Of a stretch of 52,142 nucleotides of DNA, positions 16,098 through 25,860 are shown piece after piece; position 1 is the first letter of the stretch; each line of letters opens with the position of its first letter. This DNA is from a virus. Its lineage: Duplodnaviria; Caudoviricetes. Location of the stretch: positions 1 through 52,142 of IMG/VR virus record IMGVR_UViG_3300042197_000494; one strand, given 5' to 3'. The notes beneath the pieces were generated by a model, which was not told the origin of the DNA, made no database searches, and worked only from the letters and a program-made list of their open reading frames with translations. The position numbers and the translations under genes are program-made.

Positions 16098-16304
16098 CTA
16101 CTGGGATATAAGCGAAGAAGGCTCTACGCCCAATATATCGGCTAATTTGAGTATCGTAGAGAATTTGGCTGGCTTACTCTTCTCTAGCCTACACAGGCTT
16201 TCGGGTCGTATTCCAACCATATCTGCCAACGCAGACTGGGTAATAAACTTAGCCTTGCGTAATGCTTTTATTCTTTCTCCATTGACGATAGCGGTAGCAG
16301 ACAT
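16098..16304 (-). CDS. XRE/Cro-C1 family HTH regulator
   Basis: IKALRK....TQ..LA..VGI....L.RLE......TI.KLA..LGV. Confidence 0.9.
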   Translation of the reverse strand: MSATAIVNGERIKALRKAKFITQSALADMVGIRPESLCRLEKSKPAKFSTILKLADILGVEPSSLISQ

Positions 16305-16354
16305 AATATCCCATTCTTTATTTGTAATTGTAATGGTATTTATACCACGAGAAC

Positions 16355-16365
16355 GACAGCCGAAT
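16355..16365 (-). promoter_or_regulatory. repeated motif ATTCGGCTGTC, copy 3 (upstream of XRE gene)
   Basis: Exact repeat. Confidence 0.5.
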
Positions 16366-16597
16366 CTAGTTTTTTTAATAATATCTCATTATTTGAGTAG
16401 TGTTGATTGATATTATATCTGTATCCTGCGTCAAACTATCACGGACGCAGGTCTAAGACCGAGTTGATGCCCCTCTGTCCCATGAGGTGTGGCTCCTCGG
16501 TCTTAGTTATTTTAGAAATATATCTGTATAGATATGGTCTTTACACCTTGATTACATCTAATTGACCTGTCACAATTATATTCCAGAAGGAGGCGAA

Positions 16598-16780
16598 ATG
16601 AATAAGACTTATTATCAAGGCTTTGTTCGCAACTGTCTGAATGAGTTGGCTGAAATAGACCAACAAATAAACTTACTTGACCCTGTCGTAGATAAAGATA
16701 AAATTGCTTATCTTAGAGAAGAGTCGCTTAAAGTGCAGTTAAGAGCAGATGCATTTTGTAGGCGCACTTTAGTTATTTGA
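16598..16780 (+). CDS. small hypothetical protein (60 aa)
   Basis: ATG 16598 preceded by AGGAGG. Confidence 0.65.
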   Translation: MNKTYYQGFVRNCLNELAEIDQQINLLDPVVDKDKIAYLREESLKVQLRADAFCRRTLVI

Positions 16781-17288
16781 ACTTTGGTCTCCCAAACCCG
16801 ACAATAGCAACAGGTAAGTTAGGTTTTAATTTACCTCTATTGCTCTTTTGATATGCCCTAATTTTCAAACAAACTTCGCCACCATTTCTTTGATCACCCT
16901 TCTTGTCTGCTGCTGTATTACCCTCTACTGTTGTTACAGTACCATCATTATTATTTTTGACCACAATACCAACATGAGAGATTCTATCTACGCCATCACC
17001 GGGAAAATCAAAGAAAACAATATCTCCTGCTTGGGGTAAAGCAAGTTGAGCACTTACCCAAGTTTTATTTTTTTGAAAGGCTTGCGCTCCTGCTAAAGTA
17101 GAAACGCAATTAGGAACTTTTACTCCTGCTTGGTCAGCACACCACATAACAAATGAACCACACCAAGGCACGAAATTGGCTTTCGTGAATTTGCCATATT
17201 TTGTTTCATTATCTTTTGGTCCTTCAATAGTTCCAACTTCAGCCAACGCTATTTCAACCAAGCGTTCAGGTGTTCCTTGTTCAGCCAC
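16773..17288 (-). CDS. CHAP-domain endolysin
   Basis: PWCGSFVMWC, P.AGDIVFFD, SHVGIV, T.EGNT. Confidence 0.9.
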   Translation of the reverse strand: MAEQGTPERLVEIALAEVGTIEGPKDNETKYGKFTKANFVPWCGSFVMWCADQAGVKVPNCVSTLAGAQAFQKNKTWVSAQLALPQAGDIVFFDFPGDGVDRISHVGIVVKNNNDGTVTTVEGNTAADKKGDQRNGGEVCLKIRAYQKSNRGKLKPNLPVAIVGFGRPKFK

Positions 17289-17290
17289 AA

Positions 17291-17506
17291 TTACTCCTTG
17301 TTTTTTGTACCAGCAAAGTATCCGCCGATAATTCCAATCAATCCTACTAGGGCATTTTGAACTAGAGCAATAGCATCGGGATTTGTCCCCACTGCTTCAC
17401 CTGTTAAGTTCTGCGCATTTAACATAGCGACATATTCCCCTAGTACGACCAAACCTATGAAACCCAGTATTCCTATGGTGATAGCCCACATCAATTTATC
17501 TTTCAC
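17291..17506 (-). CDS. small 2-TM membrane protein (holin-like)
   Basis: Two TM helices, next to lysin. Confidence 0.6.
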   Translation of the reverse strand: MKDKLMWAITIGILGFIGLVVLGEYVAMLNAQNLTGEAVGTNPDAIALVQNALVGLIGIIGGYFAGTKNKE

Positions 17507-17811
17507 TTATCATCGTCCTTTACCTCATCTAGCACTTTGTCTAATAGTTCTGCCTGTATGTCCTTTGGCTTAGACTTTAGTCCATTTCCAGCCAAAACAC
17601 CAGCAAGACTTCCTGTAAGAAATACAGTCAGAGTAGTAACCAAGTCAATAAATGCCGCATCGTTTGGTGCTTGTTTCATGGGTTGAGTTACGAATACAAG
17701 AGCATAAAGTAATGAGAATACTGAGAAAGCAAATACAACTGAAAGCACTACACCGATTATGAATATCAACCGAGCATGTATCTGTTCAGGTGTCATTCTT
17801 GGTTTGCGCAT
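17503..17811 (-). CDS. 2-TM membrane protein (lysis cassette)
   Basis: Two TM helices. Confidence 0.6.
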   Translation of the reverse strand: MRKPRMTPEQIHARLIFIIGVVLSVVFAFSVFSLLYALVFVTQPMKQAPNDAAFIDLVTTLTVFLTGSLAGVLAGNGLKSKPKDIQAELLDKVLDEVKDDDK

Positions 17812-18008
17812 TGTGGAGCCTCGCTCTCTATTTCCATGTCTGAAGGTAATACATCAGTAACGCAAGTTCCGTTCGCCTCGCATATTGGCGGTTGACATTC
17901 TTCACTCTGCCAGTTCTTCGGGTCTTGGCAGGGATATCTATAAAAGCCATCATAACCGCAACCAGATAAACCCAGAATAAGAAGCAACGACATAAGTATC
18001 TTAGTCAT
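17793..18008 (-). CDS. small Cys-rich lipoprotein
   Basis: Signal peptide with LSGC lipobox; RYPCQDP.NW...ECQPPIC. Confidence 0.7.
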   Translation of the reverse strand: MTKILMSLLLILGLSGCGYDGFYRYPCQDPKNWQSEECQPPICEANGTCVTDVLPSDMEIESEAPQCANQE

Positions 18009-18009
18009 A

Positions 18010-18567
18010 TTACTTTCCTTTGATTATCTTGTTTTCAAGGGTCTGAGTATAATACAGAAATGGTGCGCTTGTGTAAGCATCGTTCTTGGCTGCTATCTCA
18101 AGTGCCTTGGATATTGTTGCTCCTGCCTCCAGTGCTCCAATAGCATAGGGTGAACCTGAACCAACACCATAGAATCCAGTTCCATCAAGAGTTACGGACA
18201 TATCATCTGTTATTTCGAAGACCTGTCCTCCAATAGCAATGAGAAAATTAAACTTGATTTCATCATCTTCTCTGTCCCACTTGTATTCATTTTGTTTGAA
18301 ACAAGCCTTTAATGAAGGTATAACCTTCGCAACAATGAAGCGGTAAATATCATTCCACTCAACTCCTTTGGGAGAAGGTGGTTTCCAAATATGTTGCGCT
18401 ATATCGCAAGGCGCACATTCACCCGAACCAGCAATAAGAAATGGACCACGCTGAGTTATCTTGACCATTTCGCCATGTCTTTGAACTCGACCATTATTAG
18501 ATGTAACTTGACTATCAGCCCCAAAGATAACTTTATCTTTTTGCTGGACTGCAATTATTGTGGTCAT
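18010..18567 (-). CDS. proteasome-beta/HslV-like Ntn threonine peptidase
   Basis: MTTIIAV...GADSQ...K, GSGS.YA.GAL. Confidence 0.85.
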   Translation of the reverse strand: MTTIIAVQQKDKVIFGADSQVTSNNGRVQRHGEMVKITQRGPFLIAGSGECAPCDIAQHIWKPPSPKGVEWNDIYRFIVAKVIPSLKACFKQNEYKWDREDDEIKFNFLIAIGGQVFEITDDMSVTLDGTGFYGVGSGSPYAIGALEAGATISKALEIAAKNDAYTSAPFLYYTQTLENKIIKGK

Positions 18568-18595
18568 GGCTCAATAATAAAGGCTAGAAAGAAAA

Positions 18596-18632
18596 ATCGG
18601 CTAAGCGACCCAAGAAGGGAAGCCTAGCCGAT
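18596..18632 (-). terminator. intrinsic terminator-like hairpin
   Basis: AUCGGCUA.../...UAGCCGAU followed by UUUUCUUUC. Confidence 0.6.
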
Positions 18633-18653
18633 ATACCTTTTATTACTTTTTTG

Positions 18654-18947
18654 TTACTTTTTACTTGACTTTGACTTGAGTTTCTTACCAACCTCACTGG
18701 CCAGCACCTCTGATACTCGACCAAATGCTGGGTCTTTTTTATTAGCCCATCGCAGTGCTGTTGGTATTAGAGAGCCCCAAAGTGCATTGGCTACGAGAAT
18801 CCATTCAGTTGAACTGAATTCAAGTGGTGACGAAATACCCTTGGCTTGTGTAACAACCATAATTGCTGCAATGACCTGACCAAGCAGGTTTCTTAAATAT
18901 GATTCAATTGCTGCATTATTTAACTTCATACTACTCCTTTGCGGCAA
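18654..18947 (-). CDS. holin-like membrane protein
   Basis: SY.R......TM...P..LRW.N.KD.AFG pattern. Confidence 0.65.
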   Translation of the reverse strand: MPQRSSMKLNNAAIESYLRNLLGQVIAAIMVVTQAKGISSPLEFSSTEWILVANALWGSLIPTALRWANKKDPAFGRVSEVLASEVGKKLKSKSSKK

Positions 18948-19215
18948 TCACTTTTACTAAGTCGTAAACATCATCGAGCCTTTGCCCAATGCTTGACTGC
19001 CTTTCCTCTAATCTTACTATACGGTCAGCAATCGAAGACCCTCCATTGGGCTTGAGTTCCATTAAAGTATCTTCTATGGGGCGAAGTCTTTCGTCTATGA
19101 ATACCTCAAGACTTCTTTTCAATGGTTTATACACAACCTTTGCTCCTAACGCTAACAGACCCAAAAATGCTGCCGTAGTGGCAGCAATTAATTCTAAATA
19201 ATCTTGCACAGACAT
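18931..19215 (-). CDS. single-TM coiled-coil protein (lysis-associated)
   Basis: N-terminal TM; ELKPNGGSSI.D motif. Confidence 0.65.
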   Translation of the reverse strand: MSVQDYLELIAATTAAFLGLLALGAKVVYKPLKRSLEVFIDERLRPIEDTLMELKPNGGSSIADRIVRLEERQSSIGQRLDDVYDLVKVIAAKE

Positions 19216-19252
19216 GGTATAAAGAATACAACAATATTGTTGAATTTTATGG

Positions 19253-19489
19253 TCAAGCCAAGTCGCCTAACACCACAATGTCGCCATTATTGATGATCAT
19301 AACTACCACATCGCTAACTGTGGGGGAGTAGGAGTGAAGATACCGAACTCCAGTTACCGAAGTAGAAGAACCTGAAATTTGAACACTTAACCTTGTATTA
19401 CCATTAGTCTTTGCTGTTACTACGCCAAAGTGAATAGATACTTTATTATTTTGATTAGCAATACTTTTTACTATGTCTGCAAAATTCAC
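19253..19489 (-). CDS. small tail-tip protein
   Basis: G.V...V.I.G......L.SY.P.V.D.V, end of tail operon. Confidence 0.6.
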   Translation of the reverse strand: MNFADIVKSIANQNNKVSIHFGVVTAKTNGNTRLSVQISGSSTSVTGVRYLHSYSPTVSDVVVMIINNGDIVVLGDLA

Positions 19490-19491
19490 GA

Positions 19492-20637
19492 TTATGCTCC
19501 TATTACTACTTGCTCGCCAGTGGCTATAACTCTAACAGTTCTTGCGGTTGCCGACATATTACCTTGTGGCGTAAGGGGTATATCAAGTGAATCTATAATT
19601 ACCAATCTATCTACTTTTGAGCCATTAGATTTAACATAAACTACATCTTGTGCATCTAAGGTTGGGTCCACTAAAGAGTCCCAGTTTATTACCTCTTGGC
19701 TACCTATGTAGATATTTAGTAAGTTAATTGCTGCTCGAACTGCCTCTGCTTCGGTAGCAACTAAACTTGTTTCTATAAATACTGGAACTTCACCAAACAC
19801 ACCAAACCTATAAGTTGGACTGGCAGGGTCTTCGTCCCAAACCTCAACTCTTATAGGTGTTGTCACTTCAGTTCCCTCTATTGTATAAACCACACCATTG
19901 TAAGTAGATTTGGTTGAAATAGTTCTGTTCAAAGAGGTAACTGTTGTACCGTTGCCTTCTACGAATGTTGCAACAACTACTGAGCCATCAAGAGTAGGAA
20001 ATTGATTCATCACGGCTATGCCATTTTGGTCGAAATATAAATCAAACCCTACTAATTCTGCTATTTCAACTGCATCTTTCCATGGGTCATTATCTTGCTC
20101 CGTTCCTAAAACAATTTTAGTAATCGTTACATTGGTGGTAGGAAAGGCTGTTTGCACATCAGGGTATCTATCTTTTAATAAATCAGCAAGAGCATTTTCT
20201 AAACTGCCTGCGGTCATTTCATATGCCTCGGTAAATTTGGCTCTTGATACTCGAATAGACCTGTCTTCACCTTTGAGTTTTATGGTGACTCCTTCATTGG
20301 TGTCTGTAATGGCTACTTCTGTAATCACAAATACACCAAGTGGTACATACTCTTCAGTTCCATCATAATATTGCACGCCTCGATAAAGTCTTAGTTCATT
20401 ACCGAAAGGTGTGAGTAGGTCAAAATCATTATCGGGAACTAAATTACTTGTTTCTCTGCTTGTTACTAGAGTGGCTTCACAAGTCCTACGCACAGCAGAA
20501 CCAGCGTCAACTTGAACTGTTCCTTCTGATATATTTATTTCTTGTAGTTTTTGGTCACTTGCCCAAACTTCTGCTTTTGATATAACAATATGATCGGTAA
20601 GTATTGCTGCTTTCAGAGCACCGCTCGATGGGTACAT
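19492..20637 (-). CDS. minor tail / hub protein
   Basis: V.VD....VRR, P.G.EL...RG......E.VPLGVF typical of actinophage minor tails. Confidence 0.75.
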   Translation of the reverse strand: MYPSSGALKAAILTDHIVISKAEVWASDQKLQEINISEGTVQVDAGSAVRRTCEATLVTSRETSNLVPDNDFDLLTPFGNELRLYRGVQYYDGTEEYVPLGVFVITEVAITDTNEGVTIKLKGEDRSIRVSRAKFTEAYEMTAGSLENALADLLKDRYPDVQTAFPTTNVTITKIVLGTEQDNDPWKDAVEIAELVGFDLYFDQNGIAVMNQFPTLDGSVVVATFVEGNGTTVTSLNRTISTKSTYNGVVYTIEGTEVTTPIRVEVWDEDPASPTYRFGVFGEVPVFIETSLVATEAEAVRAAINLLNIYIGSQEVINWDSLVDPTLDAQDVVYVKSNGSKVDRLVIIDSLDIPLTPQGNMSATARTVRVIATGEQVVIGA

Positions 20638-22160
20638 TAGTCCTCAACCTCAACATAAGCCAACTCAATATCTCTATGTATGGTTGAATCTTGCTTGCTT
20701 TCGGCAGTGAAAGTTCTAGCGGTAATACGAATATACTTTTGATTTTCTAATGGGTCTTGTACAAGTATTGTTCCTTGATAATTTAACATAGGGTACAAAT
20801 CGTCCCACTCTTCCTCTGTAATTGTTTTGATTGAGTAAATACCATCTTCACCTTGCAGGGGTCCTGCTACCACAATAGGTCGAGTTGAGCCTAGTGGGCG
20901 AAATACCGTGTTTGGTTCTTCTATGTTTGTATCTAATTGGGCTAATACTCTAACTGAACCTAAATTATATTCAGGCTCTTCAACTGCCTTAAACCACCAA
21001 GTCTCATCGTTTGTTATTAATACCTGTTGAACTGTACTCCAAGCACTAGGGAACTCATTACTACTTGAATCTACGCCAACTGCTCTTGCTCGATAATAAG
21101 CAACCAAACCTCTTGGTGCTTCATAGTCAACAGCCGTTCCGATAAAACTAGCATTTGGTGTTATATTTTCCCCGTCACGGATACCTGCGTAAATTACTCC
21201 ATCATCATCAGACCTATGAACATCAAAGTATTGGCTTACTAAAGAACCAGTTACGGCTGCTCCTGTTACTGTAAGGGTTGCTTTACCTAATGAACTGTTC
21301 CATGCTGCTGAAAGAGTTGGTACTGTTGGAACTGTATTATTTAGCACAAATCCACTAAAGGCATAATCTGAGAAAAAAGGAGAACCATTTACTACCTTCG
21401 CTACTCGAACATATGCTCTATATGTTGCGTTAAGCAGTAAATCTCCTACTACGGCAGTTTGGTCTGATGAGGCAACTTGCCCAGAATCGTAGGTAGCAGT
21501 CGAGGTTGAAGCGTCAAAGCCACCTGCACCATATTGGTCTGCTGTAAATACTTTTATTTGATAATAGGCTTGAGTTTCATTATCTGTATCTGCGTACGCC
21601 CAAGTAACATCGGGGGCTGCAGAAGTTGTAATCGTTCCTGTTGGAGCAGAAACTGTAACTGTTGGTTGAGCAACAATGTCTATATCAATATAAAGTTCAT
21701 AAACACTACCCAATACTCCTGTGTCATTATATTCAGTGAACTTTGCTCTCAATCCGTTAATAGTTGTTTGTGACCAGTCTTCACCATTTGGGGCAGCAGT
21801 TTGCCATGGTCCAGTAAAAGTTGTAATACTTGCGTACTGACCTCTAATAGCAAGTGCTGAGTGAAAGTAATTTTGATTATCTGCTCTTGAACCTAAGTAA
21901 ACATTTATTCTACCTGCTGCTGTTGGGGTTGATACTCTCGCTCTGATTCTAACTCTTTTAACTCTTTGACTTGCAGAAATAGTAGTTGTTCCAAAGTCTA
22001 ATAATGCACTCGCTTGACCAACAATACTTGTAGATTTAGAAAAGAAAGTGCTGTCTGAATCATCACTGGTTGCAGCATGCAAAGAACCAGAGCCACCTGA
22101 AATAGTAAATAAAGTAGAACCTGATGCTGTTGCATTTGGGCGAACTGTTGTAACTGCCAT
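20637..22160 (-). CDS. minor tail protein with FN3-like domains
   Basis: Follows tape measure; W.Y.D.D...Q..YQIKVF, Y.YRARA. Confidence 0.7.
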   Translation of the reverse strand: MAVTTVRPNATASGSTLFTISGGSGSLHAATSDDSDSTFFSKSTSIVGQASALLDFGTTTISASQRVKRVRIRARVSTPTAAGRINVYLGSRADNQNYFHSALAIRGQYASITTFTGPWQTAAPNGEDWSQTTINGLRAKFTEYNDTGVLGSVYELYIDIDIVAQPTVTVSAPTGTITTSAAPDVTWAYADTDNETQAYYQIKVFTADQYGAGGFDASTSTATYDSGQVASSDQTAVVGDLLLNATYRAYVRVAKVVNGSPFFSDYAFSGFVLNNTVPTVPTLSAAWNSSLGKATLTVTGAAVTGSLVSQYFDVHRSDDDGVIYAGIRDGENITPNASFIGTAVDYEAPRGLVAYYRARAVGVDSSSNEFPSAWSTVQQVLITNDETWWFKAVEEPEYNLGSVRVLAQLDTNIEEPNTVFRPLGSTRPIVVAGPLQGEDGIYSIKTITEEEWDDLYPMLNYQGTILVQDPLENQKYIRITARTFTAESKQDSTIHRDIELAYVEVED

Positions 22161-22162
22161 GA

Positions 22163-25100
22163 TTAACGACTTCTCGTATTTACTGCTTTATTTACGGCAT
22201 TGGCAATAGTAGTTGCTGTAACTGTTGGAACAACTTTCGGTGTGGAGATATTGACTGTGACTGGTGGTCTAGCGTTCATAACAGGTGAACCATAAAGATT
22301 CAGTGACTGAGTTGATGCAAATGCTGTTCTCTGAGCAGGGGTACCGATTTGAGGTGGTGGTGTCACTGGTTTGGCTGCTCGTATAATTGGTGAAGTAATT
22401 GGCGGACCATAGATATTGCCAAATGTTGGCATAAGTTTTGGATCAATTTTAGTTTTACCACCTGAAGGGTCAGTTGGTTTGAATCTATTATCTATGGTTG
22501 GTTTTGGTGGCTTCTTGTCGCCTTTGCTACCAGCCTGACCAAATGGTGTTCCTACTGTTGGTCCATCACCACCACCACTAGGTCCACTTGGTTTAGTATC
22601 TTTTGGTATTGGGTCACACAAATCCAGAGCATTATTTATATCATCGGCTATGCTTTTGGCTGTACTTACTAATAGTTCTCTTTTTGCCTCTAGTGCCTTA
22701 ACTAAATTCATAGCCATATCTGTTCCAACTTGACCACCAAATTCGGCAAGTGGTTTCAATACTGATTCAATATCATCTTTAATGGCAGTCATTTGAGCAT
22801 TGATGCTGTCTACTTCGGCTTTAGAGCCAGCCACAAATGCTTGGGCTATGGCTACTGCATTACCATAAAATACAGTACTCATGTCGCTACCGAACTTTGT
22901 AGCCTGTGTATTTATTTGGGTATAAAGACTATTTATCTGCTTAATTTGTTCTGCGCTTGCGGTAGTCAATAATTGGGCAGTTTCACTTGCTGCTTCTGGA
23001 CCTGCTTCAAGTAGTTGTTGGATATATTCTTTACTCAATCCTGCTGCTAATAATTTCTCTATATTTTTACCGAAATTGACTACTTGGGTTAATCTATCTG
23101 TAAGTTGTTTAACTATTGAGTCAACGCCTTTGGTGGCTTTTCTAACTTGGCTAATTACCAAACCACTACCAGTTTTAGTTACTTTTAATATGGCGTTAGT
23201 ATCAGCATCAGATAGCGTAATTAAGGCTTTAGCAAAATCTTTGATACCTTTAGTCAAATCTCTTTGGAAGGTTGCTTGTTCTTCTAATAATTCTTTTAAG
23301 TCTTCTTCAGACTTCTTGAGGGCTTCAACTGCAAACTCTCTCTTATTAGCCAAAGACACTAATAATTTTGTTTGATTTTGTAAAAAGTCAATTATTTGAC
23401 TCTTACCTCTAGGGTCTAGTCCTGTAAATCTTTCTTTGACGGCTTCTACCAATTCATCATATGTTCCTATGATTGAATCAACAGTTGCTTCTGCGCCACT
23501 TAATGCTTTAGCAATAGCACTTGGTTGCCCAAATGGTTGTCTTAACAATTCTCCAAACTTTTTCATGGCAGATTCTCTTGCGTCTAATGCGTCTTGATAT
23601 GCTTTCTGTGCAGCCCTTAGTTCTTTTTCAGTTTTCGCTGCTGCTTTATTAGAAGTTCCTAATCCTGCTAGATCAGGCATACCTCCTGCTTGTGTTTCAA
23701 CCTTTGGACCTTTTATTTTCTTTTTGTTAAGTCCGTCAAGATTGTCTGAAAATCCTTCAACTGCGGAAGCAGCATTATCAAAGAAATTGCCTATTCCGTT
23801 CGTCATATTCTTCAAGCCTTCATATGCTTCTTTGGCTTGCGGACTAATAAAAGATAGTAATTTGAATAACACTTTCGCTGGACCTGTAATGATGTTTGCT
23901 AAACCTTCAGCAAATACTCCAAATGCTCTTATTAAAAATCCAGCAACTTTTAGCCCTGCTTGACCTACTGAAATTATGATTTTTCTAAAGGCTTCTGACC
24001 TTTTGAACAACATAACAAATCCTGTGGCTAGTAAAGCAACTGCTCCAACAATGAAGCCTATTGGGTTCAATCTCATTATGAGATTAAGGTTTCTAAATGC
24101 GATAGATAATTTCTTTGTAGCCAATGTTTGTGCTCCAGTCAAAGCCAACATGACTTTCGTATAAGCGTTGTAGAGTTTTACTTGAACTAGATATGCACCA
24201 ATAGCGACTGCGCCAGCCACAACTGCTCCAGCAAGTACTTGAAATAAAGTTGCGTTTCTTTGAATAAATCCGCCAATAGCCCCAAGTACCTTGATGAAGC
24301 CAATTACTGCGCCTATTGCTAATTTGAAAGCAGGAACTAATAAACCTGTAAATATTGGGGCAAATACAGTGGCTACTGCTTGGGCAAAAGTTTTTAGATT
24401 TCCTAATAAACCAAAGATGAAACTAGCAAACTTTTGAATACTTGTTCCATCAGAAAATATTGCTTGAAGTTTAGTGAAAACTGGAGTCAAAGTAGTGCTA
24501 AGTGCAGTAGTAATATTTGATATGACTGGTTTAAGACCTTCGCCTAATGCTTCTTGAGTATCCTTGATTGCCAAAATAAACTTTCTTTGGGCAACAGCAG
24601 CAGGTCCTCCAGCGGTAGCAGCAAAATCTCTATAGGTCGTTCCCAATACTGAGACGATGGCTGCTGCCCTTTCGCTCTCAGTTCCAGACTTAATCATTTT
24701 CTTTGTTTGTGCATCTAGTACGAAACCAGTTTTTGTTAAAGAACCAAACTGTCCGTTAAGTGCTTGGGCTAGACCATTTGTTAAACTTCTGAATTCATCA
24801 GCACTTGCAGCAGCACCTTTTTCAGCAACAACATAATCTAAAATTGCTGGAGTTAATTTAGCAATGGTGCTTCCATGTAAATCAAAAGTTGCTAACTGAG
24901 ATTGAATTACTGTTATGTTTTCTTTGGCTATACCTGTTAAGTCTTCTAAGGCTTTACCTTGTTGAAATAATACCTGTATTCCTTCTTCGGTTGCACCATT
25001 GGTATTGAGTAAAAGTTTTCTTAATCTTTGCTGTGCTGCGCCAGCCACATTGGCTGCCTGAACTGAGTCTTTACCTAATTTTATTGCAAATGTAGTGAGA

Positions 25101-25267
25101 GCAGTGGCAGCAGCAAATACTCCTAGTTTGAATTTACCGCCCAAAAAGGAAGAAGTTTTACTGGCAGATGTTTCTACCCGACCAGTCGCCTTTGCGGCTT
25201 GGTCCATAGCAGTTGTAAATTGTTTTGTATCTGCTTTTAGACGAGCAAGTACTTCAACAACAGCCAT
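22163..25267 (-). CDS. tail tape measure protein
   Basis: 1034 aa, Ala/Gly-rich helical, L.ADT..F N-terminus, after tail chaperone. Confidence 0.92.
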   Translation of the reverse strand: MAVVEVLARLKADTKQFTTAMDQAAKATGRVETSASKTSSFLGGKFKLGVFAAATALTTFAIKLGKDSVQAANVAGAAQQRLRKLLLNTNGATEEGIQVLFQQGKALEDLTGIAKENITVIQSQLATFDLHGSTIAKLTPAILDYVVAEKGAAASADEFRSLTNGLAQALNGQFGSLTKTGFVLDAQTKKMIKSGTESERAAAIVSVLGTTYRDFAATAGGPAAVAQRKFILAIKDTQEALGEGLKPVISNITTALSTTLTPVFTKLQAIFSDGTSIQKFASFIFGLLGNLKTFAQAVATVFAPIFTGLLVPAFKLAIGAVIGFIKVLGAIGGFIQRNATLFQVLAGAVVAGAVAIGAYLVQVKLYNAYTKVMLALTGAQTLATKKLSIAFRNLNLIMRLNPIGFIVGAVALLATGFVMLFKRSEAFRKIIISVGQAGLKVAGFLIRAFGVFAEGLANIITGPAKVLFKLLSFISPQAKEAYEGLKNMTNGIGNFFDNAASAVEGFSDNLDGLNKKKIKGPKVETQAGGMPDLAGLGTSNKAAAKTEKELRAAQKAYQDALDARESAMKKFGELLRQPFGQPSAIAKALSGAEATVDSIIGTYDELVEAVKERFTGLDPRGKSQIIDFLQNQTKLLVSLANKREFAVEALKKSEEDLKELLEEQATFQRDLTKGIKDFAKALITLSDADTNAILKVTKTGSGLVISQVRKATKGVDSIVKQLTDRLTQVVNFGKNIEKLLAAGLSKEYIQQLLEAGPEAASETAQLLTTASAEQIKQINSLYTQINTQATKFGSDMSTVFYGNAVAIAQAFVAGSKAEVDSINAQMTAIKDDIESVLKPLAEFGGQVGTDMAMNLVKALEAKRELLVSTAKSIADDINNALDLCDPIPKDTKPSGPSGGGDGPTVGTPFGQAGSKGDKKPPKPTIDNRFKPTDPSGGKTKIDPKLMPTFGNIYGPPITSPIIRAAKPVTPPPQIGTPAQRTAFASTQSLNLYGSPVMNARPPVTVNISTPKVVPTVTATTIANAVNKAVNTRSR

Positions 25268-25273
25268 TTAATT

Positions 25274-25468
25274 TCACTTCCTTCTTCTAGCCTCTTGTTC
25301 TTGCTCCCATATCCGCAACCGCTCTAACGCTTCCCACTCAGATAATTCATAAGCGGAAATAGCCTTATAGGTTGAACTGCCGTATAAAAGTTCCTCGACA
25401 GTTCTACCAAGGCGTTCTGCTAGTTCGAAGACGAATCTTCTGTAGCCGTTGCGGAGGAATCTTTTCCC
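25274..25468 (-). CDS. tail assembly chaperone frameshifted extension (gpGT-like)
   Basis: GGGAAAA at 25468-25462; -1 frame reads KRFLRNGYRRFVFELAERLGRTVEELL...EWEALE...RRRK to TGA 25274. Confidence 0.8.
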   Translation of the reverse strand, partial: GKRFLRNGYRRFVFELAERLGRTVEELLYGSSTYKAISAYELSEWEALERLRIWEQEQEARRRK

Positions 25469-25803
25469 ACCTCATCGGCACTTTCTTGTGTGAATCCCGA
25501 TAACCTCATACCAACTGCTGCTAAGCGATCTAACGCTGTTGCTGCTTTGGCAAGCAAGGCTCCTCGGTCTGCTGGCTTAAATATTTGTTCGCCTTTTTCT
25601 ACATCAAAAGATGTAGCAATTACGATTTCTGGATAAACAAACTGGAGATTAACTCCACCTTTATTATCGATTGCTAAATCCATAATACGGGTGCGTTCTG
25701 CGCCAGTCATACCACGAACTTCTACTTTAACGCCCCACTCTGGAACTTCCACCAATTCTGATGGAATATCTTGAGCGGATAAGATTTGGTCTCTAATGGA
25801 CAC
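25420..25803 (-). CDS. tail assembly chaperone (gpG-like)
   Basis: RDQIL...D...E.VEVPEWG..V.VRGMTG.ER. Confidence 0.85.
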   Translation of the reverse strand: MSIRDQILSAQDIPSELVEVPEWGVKVEVRGMTGAERTRIMDLAIDNKGGVNLQFVYPEIVIATSFDVEKGEQIFKPADRGALLAKAATALDRLAAVGMRLSGFTQESADEVGKDSSATATEDSSSN

Positions 25804-25816
25804 GATTTCTCCTTTT

Positions 25817-25835
25817 GGTCTCGTTGGACTCGGTT
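25817..25835 (-). promoter_or_regulatory. leader motif AACCGAGTCCnnnGAGACC, copy A
   Basis: 6 nt after TAGAAT and just before SD of 25803 gene. Confidence 0.5.
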
Positions 25836-25860
25836 ATTGGGATTCTATTACTTTTAATTG

